Assembly: GCA_021299875.1 (NCBI GenBank)
Contig: JAJTEW010000005.1
Coordinates: 161,370 to 193,369 of the forward strand
DNA: 32,000 nt
DNA from: Comamonadaceae bacterium
Lineage (GTDB): Bacteria > Pseudomonadota > Gammaproteobacteria > Burkholderiales > Burkholderiaceae_C
Direction of reading: 5' to 3'
In this document: one piece after another, positions 25,159 through 32,000 of the stretch
How the letters are laid out: the number at the start of each line of letters is the position of its first letter
Numbering within the stretch: position 1 is the stretch's first letter
Notes under the pieces: generated by a model
Database searches by the model: none
Told to the model about the DNA's origin: nothing
What the model saw: the letters and a program-made list of their open reading frames with translations, nothing else
Position numbers and translations under genes: made by a program

Positions 25159-25344
25159 GTGGAACAGCGGATAGCATGCGGCCTAATCAAATGGGCGCTT
25201 TCACCTTTGTGAGCCTGTTTGGGGCCTTCGCACCCTCTCGCTGCGGGCACGCTTAAGCCTTCGGCCCCTGCAAGATTCGCTTGCGCTTAATCCACCGATT
25301 CGACAGCGCAAACATCACCAACAAGCCCAGCCGCGCATTGCCCC

Positions 25345-28149
25345 TCACTGTAAACGGCTGACCCCGGGATAGCGTTCGCTTGCTGACAGCGCACGGGTCA
25401 CGTCGTGATTGGCGGTCACACGGCCCCCCAAAGTAACCACGGAAACTCGTCGAGCAACGTTCTTGCTCTGGGCGTCGTAGTCGTAGACCACAGCGCTGAT
25501 GGATCCGGTGGTGACCTCGGTCAGGAAGCCCCTGACCGACGATATCGAAGTGCCGCCCGCCGCCAAGTTTGCAACGGGTGTCACGGCTCCGGCGGCGGGA
25601 TTGAAGCGCATGAGTTTGCCGTTCGTTGTGCCGTAGTACAAGGCACCGTCACTGGCCGACAAGAAGCCTGTTGATGGCACATCGGGCAAGTCGCCGACCA
25701 CCTTGGTCAACACCGGTGCGCTGCGGCACAGGTCGTCTGGGCCTAAGCCTCGATCAATGGTCCAGATCGACCCACCCGGGTTGCCATCGGCCCGTTGTGC
25801 CATGGCCATGTACATGGCGTTCTGTGCTGCCACAAACACTGGGCCTCCGACCGGAAGCCCCTCGCTGGCTGGCCGGAACGCGCTGTTTGGGCCAAAGGTA
25901 AGTGATTTGATCGAGATCTTGGGGTCGCTGATCCGTGCGCAAGCGACGGTGTAAATGGGAGCACCCACTGAGATATCGCCTTCTGCCGCATAGTAGACCG
26001 CGTCATCACGGATCGCCGGTTTCCAGTCGTTATCGGCAGGCAGGCGGGATGCGAAAACCTGCACCCACTCGGTGGCCTTCAACGTCTTCGTGTCCACATG
26101 CAGCAGCTTTTGTCGATAGTAGCCACCGTCTCCGCTTGAGACGCCTGACTTTTCAGCAATTGCTGTGAGCCAAGCTGAATCGCCTTGCCCAAGCACGAGT
26201 TCTGCTCCCAGGTAGGCTATGTCTGTCACCTCGGCCATCCGGACGGGCTCCATGGTGCTGCGCTGGTAGATCACCACGCCCAGGCCACCGCCGGCCCTGT
26301 CTCTCGAACCACGATGACCGCCGAGACGCCCAGAATCGTAGCTTGGGGACGTCAGCGAAATCAGGCCGATGAGATGGTCAGGCCCGAGCGGCTGAAGCTT
26401 GCCGTAGGGATAGGCTCCGCGGTCTGGGTCGATGGGCACCGAGGTAATCTTTCCGTTGAAACGGTCATACTTGTTCACCACGTGTGATGCCTCGTTCGCA
26501 GCACTGGCCAACCACACGACGTAGCGGTCGAGAACGCCGTCGCTGGCCGAACTGCCCGTTGCCGGATTACCGTGAAAATATTTCCCCAAAGTGGCCGAAC
26601 CGGTTGCCAGGGTCTTTCTGAAGAAAAGTCGGCTGGGATCCAGTTCCAACAACTGCGAAGGCGTGCACGGCAAAACTGAATTGGGCCTCTCATCGCAGAT
26701 GCCGGCAGCAACGTCGGTTGAGGCAGCAAATAACAGCCCCGACGCCGGTGACGATGTGAGCCCGGCAAAGTAGCTGCCGAAGTAACCTTTGGGCTCGTCT
26801 CTGATCCAGGCCGACATCGTGCTGGCGTTACTTAGGTTGAGGCTTGCTGCCTGCGACAGCAGCTTGGGTGCCGAAATCTGCAAACTGGTTTCGGCGTCGA
26901 GGCCGCTGCAGGCAACCAGCGATTCGTTGCTAAAGGATATGGGCAACACCCCCTCGATACGGTGGCAGTCGATCTCGGCCAGCCTGTAAAGCGCGGTATT
27001 GCTCCCGGGTGGGCCAAAAATCTGAGCCTCGCGGCTTTGTATGTCCTCGACTGTCCAGCGCACGGTACCACTCGCGTCTTCGAACAGGTAGCGCCCAAGT
27101 CGCTTGCCTACGGGATTGAACTGGCTGATCGCGGTGAAGGTCCAAGGCCGTGACAGGTCATTTCCCACGGGCGGTGCAAGGCTGAAGATCCGCCCGTTTT
27201 TGGTGTAGGTGGCCGCGCCGCCCACTGAACCAGCAGGCGCGCAGGCTACAGCCGTGGGATCTGCAGCGTTCAAGATGTAGCGCGAACCCTGCGTGCCCAG
27301 CAAGATCTTGGTGCGGTCGCGTGACCACACCATCTCCGTCTTCTCACCGACGAGTCCACTGCAAAGACCTTCTTCCATATCGCGTGAGAAAAAGTCATAG
27401 ACCACGGTTTCTTTCAGGTAGTTTGCGCTTCCCTGGTCGAGCACCACATGCAATAACAGCCCGCGGCCAGCGCGGCCACCGTCGACCATGACCATCAGCG
27501 ACTTGCCATCTTTGCTTACAAGCGGGGTGCGAATGGTGTTGTTCGGTCGCAGATCTGAGACGGTGATGCCGGGACCTGCGGTCTTTCCTGCGCCCCTCGT
27601 GTCCAATGTCTTGAGGAGCTCCAGTTTGTCGGTGACCGGATCGAAACGCATGAGAACGATTTGGTTCTCAGAAGGCAAGGACGAGTTGCTCAAGAACCCG
27701 TAGAAGCGACCGTCAACTTCGTTGAAGGCGAAAGAATGCTCGTTTGGGCTGGTGTTCCTCATGAATGGTCTGCCGGTGAAGGTCTTGACCACTTTGGAAC
27801 CGCTGCCGTCAAACTGATAGATCTCGCCCAGGCGCGTGGCGCCGCCGCTTTGAGCAACCAGCGCTAGGGAGCCGAACAATTCCGCCGGCAGAGGCGTGTG
27901 CGCCACCGGCGTACCTGAGGCAGCGGCCACAGTCGTACCCACTGCCGAGTCGGTGGTCACGGACCGCTCGGCCAAAACAAAGGGCCCCTCGATGGTTGTT
28001 ATTGTTATGGCTGGAATGACACTGAGATCCCTAGGGGGCAGTGCGTCAGCCGTTGGAGCATCGGAACCACCAGAACAGGCGGTTACAGCAAGCGCTACAG
28101 TGACTAAGAGGGTGAGGTTGCAGATGGACTTCATAATGATTATTTTCAT
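25345..28149 (-). CDS. Large predicted lipoprotein, 934 aa, unknown function
   Basis: A GC-rich long ORF. The N-terminus MKIIIMKSICNLTLLVTVALAVTAC carries a lipobox Cys. The sequence is Gly/Ser/Thr-rich and beta-strand-like, and I recognise no family. Confidence 0.7.
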   Translation of the reverse strand: MKIIIMKSICNLTLLVTVALAVTACSGGSDAPTADALPPRDLSVIPAITITTIEGPFVLAERSVTTDSAVGTTVAAASGTPVAHTPLPAELFGSLALVAQSGGATRLGEIYQFDGSGSKVVKTFTGRPFMRNTSPNEHSFAFNEVDGRFYGFLSNSSLPSENQIVLMRFDPVTDKLELLKTLDTRGAGKTAGPGITVSDLRPNNTIRTPLVSKDGKSLMVMVDGGRAGRGLLLHVVLDQGSANYLKETVVYDFFSRDMEEGLCSGLVGEKTEMVWSRDRTKILLGTQGSRYILNAADPTAVACAPAGSVGGAATYTKNGRIFSLAPPVGNDLSRPWTFTAISQFNPVGKRLGRYLFEDASGTVRWTVEDIQSREAQIFGPPGSNTALYRLAEIDCHRIEGVLPISFSNESLVACSGLDAETSLQISAPKLLSQAASLNLSNASTMSAWIRDEPKGYFGSYFAGLTSSPASGLLFAASTDVAAGICDERPNSVLPCTPSQLLELDPSRLFFRKTLATGSATLGKYFHGNPATGSSASDGVLDRYVVWLASAANEASHVVNKYDRFNGKITSVPIDPDRGAYPYGKLQPLGPDHLIGLISLTSPSYDSGRLGGHRGSRDRAGGGLGVVIYQRSTMEPVRMAEVTDIAYLGAELVLGQGDSAWLTAIAEKSGVSSGDGGYYRQKLLHVDTKTLKATEWVQVFASRLPADNDWKPAIRDDAVYYAAEGDISVGAPIYTVACARISDPKISIKSLTFGPNSAFRPASEGLPVGGPVFVAAQNAMYMAMAQRADGNPGGSIWTIDRGLGPDDLCRSAPVLTKVVGDLPDVPSTGFLSASDGALYYGTTNGKLMRFNPAAGAVTPVANLAAGGTSISSVRGFLTEVTTGSISAVVYDYDAQSKNVARRVSVVTLGGRVTANHDVTRALSASERYPGVSRLQ

Positions 28150-28173
28150 TTAGTAATTAATTTAACTGGATGC

Positions 28174-28617
28174 TTAATTCATGAAATAGGCAAGTGCAAT
28201 CAACATTGCCAGGATGGCAATGATTCGCCACGCGCTTGCTTGGGAGTTGGTGCCGGAATTCAACAATGTCACAGGCTCTGAGGTGGCCAGAATTGGCTCA
28301 TCTTTGTTCGGGGCCACCTGTGCCGCTTCCGTTGCATCCGAAGGAGGCTCCTCATTGACGAGCTCTAGGTGGTCGAATGCCAGTCCCAGTTTGCGCAGGA
28401 GTTTGACCCCAGTCGTGTACTTGATGCTTTCCGAATAAAAGGCCGAGCAACCACCCGTTTCCAGCTCTTGCAGCTGTTTCAAACTCAGCGTGTTCTCCAT
28501 GGCTAAGGTAGTTTGCTCAAGACCGGCCGCCTGGCGCCCCTCCACCAGCAAACTCGCATAGTCTGCTGACCAGATTTGAGATCTGCTGGTACTGGGCGAA
28601 GTCATTTTGATGGGCAA
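28174..28617 (-). CDS. Membrane-anchored helix-turn-helix protein (RodZ/HTH_25-like N-terminus, C-terminal TM helix)
   Basis: 147 aa. LLVEGRQAAGLEQTTLAMENTLSLKQLQELETG resembles the RodZ-type HTH. The C-terminal WRIIAILAMLIALAYF is a TM segment. The gene sits 24 nt upstream of the lipoprotein gene on the same strand. Confidence 0.6.
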   Translation of the reverse strand: MPIKMTSPSTSRSQIWSADYASLLVEGRQAAGLEQTTLAMENTLSLKQLQELETGGCSAFYSESIKYTTGVKLLRKLGLAFDHLELVNEEPPSDATEAAQVAPNKDEPILATSEPVTLLNSGTNSQASAWRIIAILAMLIALAYFMN

Positions 28618-28771
28618 TGATTAGTTATTGGTATCCATCCCTACCACTGTAGTCAAGCAATCCAAGCTAGTGCATGTAACGCGTTACATTCAAGATTGTT
28701 TTGAAGGCCTTCACAGTCACCTATGCAATTTCAGTTGTCAGCCCTGATTTTTTTAATGCGCCTTTTTTCTC

Positions 28772-30343
28772 ATGAAGCACCATTCCCTCCAATTCGATAA
28801 CTCAGTCAAAGCGGTTTTGGGTTCCGAGACCTTCAAGCGGGCTTCAAAAATCTGCAAACTGCTCGAATTCTTGGCAGACAGAACTGCTGCTTTAGGGGCA
28901 GAGAACGTCACCGCTCAATTGGTGGCAACCGCGTTCTTTCAGCTCACTGCGCAACAAGCCGAGAAGTCCTCCATTCACCGTGTCCAAATTAGTCGCCTCA
29001 AGACGCTACTAACTGACTTCTACCGGCAAGAGGGACGCAACCAAAGCTGGCAATTGAGCATCCTTGCAGGTTGTTACGGCCTTGATTTGGTGCCCAGTGC
29101 GGACGACCAATCCAATTTTTCGCCGCGTCTGGCCATCATTCCGTTTCAGAACCTGGGGGGAGACTCTTCGCAGCAGGAGATATGCATCGGTATGGCGCAT
29201 GACTTGATTCACATGTTGGCGCAGACCCGTACGCTGAGGCTGATTTCTATGACCCATCAAATGGACTATTCAGAAGCCTCGCGTGCCAAGTTTTTATCGG
29301 CCGCGAATGAGAACGCCGATTACGTCTTGGATGGCTCCGTCCGGTTCAAACCCGGAGGGTATGAAATCTTGTCCAAACTGACGGATGTGAAGACTTGCCA
29401 AGTGATGTGGTCACAAAAATTCGAGCTCCCAAGCGATCCAACTCAGTTGTTCGAGTTTCAAAATGAAATCGCCCTCAAGATTGCAGCTTCGCTGGCTACG
29501 CCTTCAGGGGTCATTTCACGCCTGGTTCGAAACAAGCCCTCAGACGGGTCGGCTTATGCGGCCGTTCTCCACTTTTATGCCCACACTGAAAAGTACACCC
29601 CCCAATCGCATGCGATTGCCAAAGCGTCTCTGCTGTCAGCAGTCCAAAATGCACCGCTGTATGCAGAAGCTTGGGCTTGCCTGTCTGGTATTCACTGGAA
29701 CGAGCATGTCTTCGGTTTTGAAAAGGCTCTTACGGACAGTAAGGCCTTAGACGAATCCATCCGTTGCGCCATGCATGCTTTGACGTTAGCTCCGGACTGC
29801 GTTACAGCCATCTATGCATTGGCGTCATCGCATTATCAAAGAGGCGAAAAATCGCTTTTTAAAGAATATTCAAGCAAAGTATTGGAGCTGGCGCCTTACA
29901 GATCAGACATCGTGGCAGGGATCGGGGTGTTCACTGCATGCAATGGGGACTGGGAGGGTGGCCTAGTACTCATGGACCGCGCCCGTGAACTCACCCCTTT
30001 GCATCCAGATTGGTACTGGCTCCCGTATTACGCCAACGAATATCGGCAAGGGAACTTGGACAAATCGCTAGATTACCTTTCCAAGGTCAATCCACAGACA
30101 TTTCCGCAAAGTCTGCTGTTTTTTGCAGCCATTCAAGCTCGACAAGGTAAGCACCCTGCTGCGCTGAAGACGTTCAGTGCCTTGAAAAAAATCTTTCCTG
30201 ATCTTTCTGAGAATCTTCCGATTTATCTGCAACGTCTGTTTCCACATTCCGAGATGCGTAATCTGTTGCTTGCCGACTTGCTTGATCTACAAGCGGAGTC
30301 TGCAAGTGAAACTGGTAGCGGCTTGTCCATAACAAATTTTTAA
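28772..30343 (+). CDS. TPR-repeat protein with a TolB-N-like module
   Basis: 523 aa. PRLAIIPFQNLGGDSSQQEICIGMAHDLIHMLAQ matches the LAVLPF.NLSGD..QEYF.DG...L pattern found in many regulator/TPR proteins. The C-terminal half is TPR-like. Confidence 0.65.
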   Translation: MKHHSLQFDNSVKAVLGSETFKRASKICKLLEFLADRTAALGAENVTAQLVATAFFQLTAQQAEKSSIHRVQISRLKTLLTDFYRQEGRNQSWQLSILAGCYGLDLVPSADDQSNFSPRLAIIPFQNLGGDSSQQEICIGMAHDLIHMLAQTRTLRLISMTHQMDYSEASRAKFLSAANENADYVLDGSVRFKPGGYEILSKLTDVKTCQVMWSQKFELPSDPTQLFEFQNEIALKIAASLATPSGVISRLVRNKPSDGSAYAAVLHFYAHTEKYTPQSHAIAKASLLSAVQNAPLYAEAWACLSGIHWNEHVFGFEKALTDSKALDESIRCAMHALTLAPDCVTAIYALASSHYQRGEKSLFKEYSSKVLELAPYRSDIVAGIGVFTACNGDWEGGLVLMDRARELTPLHPDWYWLPYYANEYRQGNLDKSLDYLSKVNPQTFPQSLLFFAAIQARQGKHPAALKTFSALKKIFPDLSENLPIYLQRLFPHSEMRNLLLADLLDLQAESASETGSGLSITNF

Positions 30344-30724
30344 TATCTGTTGATGGCAAACGTCTGTCCGACAGCACATATGACCCGATGACCGCTCACG
30401 CTGCACACCTGACTTGAAATGGCGCAGCTCTAAAGACTGCTTCGGGCCTAACTCAGTTATATACCCAAGTTTTTACCGGTCACCAAGAAATCCGTCTTAA
30501 AACCAATTTTTCCGGCTTCAGTACCCTAGGTTCATGACGTCCAAAGAGCACGCGCTGTAGGGTTGATTTGTAGGAGGCTTGCGCATTAAGTTAGGTCTAA
30601 CAATCACAGACCCTTGTCATGAGGTGTCGGTTCACCCGACACTTTGTGTCATAGCCTTCTAAATGAAATGTCGGTTGTTGTGATCAGGTCCTGACCATCG
30701 CATCGGCTTAACCGGTCATCTGCC

Positions 30725-31440
30725 CTTGCCATTTGTAGTCCTACAGATCAAACACGACCACGCATTCATTTACCGATATGTCATATGCGCTAGTACATAG
30801 AGCGAACTGGCGTTCGCTAGTGACTTCGCCATCCCTGTCGCTCTTTCAGAGCTCAGTGATTGGCTCATCACTTATGTCTACTTCGTAGTTCGAAAGTTCA
30901 GTGTGACCCAATGGTTTAACGAGAATTTTTTGATTTACAGATGTTTTCTTCAGTAGCTGATCAGTGATGTTTGACTTGGGACTTTCGATAGATTCAACCC
31001 ACACTGAGCCTTCTTGACCAGGCTCAGCATGGGCAAGGCTCGGTCTTTCGATGAGTTCTTTACTCCACAGCACTTGAGCACAACCATCAGCATGGGAAGG
31101 GCGGTTTCGCGGTCTCCTTTTACGTGCAGCTTCAAAATGAAACGCAACTTGCGAGGACAGCCAAAGTGCCAACTGTCCGCGGTGTTCGCAAGTTGCGGTG
31201 TGGTCTGCAGAGCTTGCTCGTGATTCGCGGGGCTAGGCCCCACAATCTTTGTGCTGAAAATATTCGTTCGCTTCTTGAGTCAATTGGCCAGCAACCGCCA
31301 ACAGCATCCTTCTCGGGTAGTGACTACAAGTCTCCGCTACCGCTCGGAATTTCCGTCCCTGCGAACACCACTGTCCAGGTTTAGGGCGTCATTGCAACTG
31401 AGTGACGCAGCTCTTGTTTCTCGGTAGAGATTGCGGGCTT
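30725..31440 (+). ncRNA. Copy 2 of the large hairpin-rich non-coding element
   Basis: It is homologous to 21950-22560 and carries no conserved ORF. The hairpins at 30801-30818, 31003-31027, 31229-31241 and 31386-31408 correspond in position to copy-1 hairpins but have different stem sequences. Confidence 0.55.
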
Positions 31441-31599
31441 CAACTGTTCTTCGATCCACCCGCTATGTTTATTTATCACCTAGACAAAAGTGGCTAACGA
31501 AACTGGGTTTTTTTGATGGGTTTTCCAATGTCCCGCCAAGTGCTCGGGATACTAAGCCACGGCGGTTGCCCTGACCCCGTGGTCGATCACACAATTGTC

Positions 31600-31632
31600 T
31601 GTGCTTTACAAACATTTGAAAGGAAAAGCACA
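31600..31632 (+). promoter_or_regulatory. Conserved hairpin enclosing the RBS (copy 2)
   Basis: tgtgcttt (31600-31607) pairs with aaagcaca (31625-31632). The geometry relative to the ATG at 31632 is the same as at 23071-23103. Confidence 0.45.
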
Positions 31633-32000
31633 TGTCCACAGCATCAACAACACCCATCGCGTTCTTGCAGTCACTCAAGGTCACAGCGGCCAAGAAAACA
31701 GTCAGCAACAATCCTCAAGTACATCGCCGCATGAAGTTGGCCCGTAAGTTGTGGGAGCAAATTCAGCTGGCAAAAAGTCAAGCTGATGGAACTCAATTCA
31801 CCATGACCCGTTTTCGCTCTGTCACTGATCCTGATGGCAGTCGCCGCAGTGTGGAAATTCCCCGTCGTGTTCGCCCATGGTGGTGGACCACTGAAGCCAA
31901 TAAGTTAGCCCTGAACATCAGGTATGGCGCTCGCAAGCTCGAAATCAGCAAGGGCAAAAGTGCTGTGGAAATTGCCACTGCGGCTGAATTGGTACCCACT
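31632..32000 (+). CDS. Paralog of the 23103-23543 protein, partial (runs off the window)
   Basis: MSTASTTPIAFLQSLKVTAAKK...RRMKLARKLWEQIQLAKSQADGTQF...VRPWWWTTEANKLALNIRYGARKLEISKGKSAVEIA stays open to position 32000. It is absent from the ORF track because no stop codon falls inside the window. Confidence 0.7.
   Translation, partial: MSTASTTPIAFLQSLKVTAAKKTVSNNPQVHRRMKLARKLWEQIQLAKSQADGTQFTMTRFRSVTDPDGSRRSVEIPRRVRPWWWTTEANKLALNIRYGARKLEISKGKSAVEIATAAELVPT

Noticed and set aside
1-32000. CRISPR arrays, rRNA genes, retron/DGR/group II intron reverse-transcriptase systems, IS transposases
   Set aside because: I saw no regularly spaced direct repeats, no rRNA-like segments, no RT-like or DDE/HUH transposase ORFs, and no terminal inverted repeats typical of IS elements.

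Overview
The window looks like a GC-rich proteobacterial chromosome, probably Betaproteobacteria; that assignment is inferred from composition and protein similarity only. Recognisable core-like genes are ndh, a yqhA-like gene and a DUF1883-like gene. The rest is accessory DNA. (1) 1.86-8.1 kb holds a two-partner secretion locus: a 1424-aa TpsA with an ESPR leader, a TPS domain and about 15 GLUG-type repeats, plus a ShlB/FhaC-type TpsB. It sits behind a very AT-rich leader, and the centre of tpsA is itself low in GC. (2) 9.4-12.5 kb holds two secreted alpha/beta-hydrolase genes set among four further whole or partial copies of a small Trp-rich gene; a fifth, degenerate copy lies at 58-270. (3) About 12.5-24.7 kb is a composite integrative island with three tyrosine recombinase genes and one integrase relic. 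It also carries an AT-rich orphan giant flagellin gene cut short by an in-frame TGA, a clamp-loader-like AAA+ gene and several unknown genes. (4) 24.7-30.3 kb holds a truncated hydrolase, a 934-aa lipoprotein, an HTH-TM protein and a TPR protein. (5) A second, partial copy of one island module starts at about 30.7 kb. The two signals I rate highest are not protein-coding. One is a 600-700 nt hairpin-rich element present in two diverged copies with compensatory stem changes, each upstream of a paralogous small gene. The other is a family of seven 21-bp sites (ATCGTC-CAGYWAC-NN-GACGWT) confined to 14.2-23.0 kb, mostly abutting gene 3' ends. I found no rRNA, tRNA or CRISPR array. All homology statements come from memory of protein families, not from database searches.
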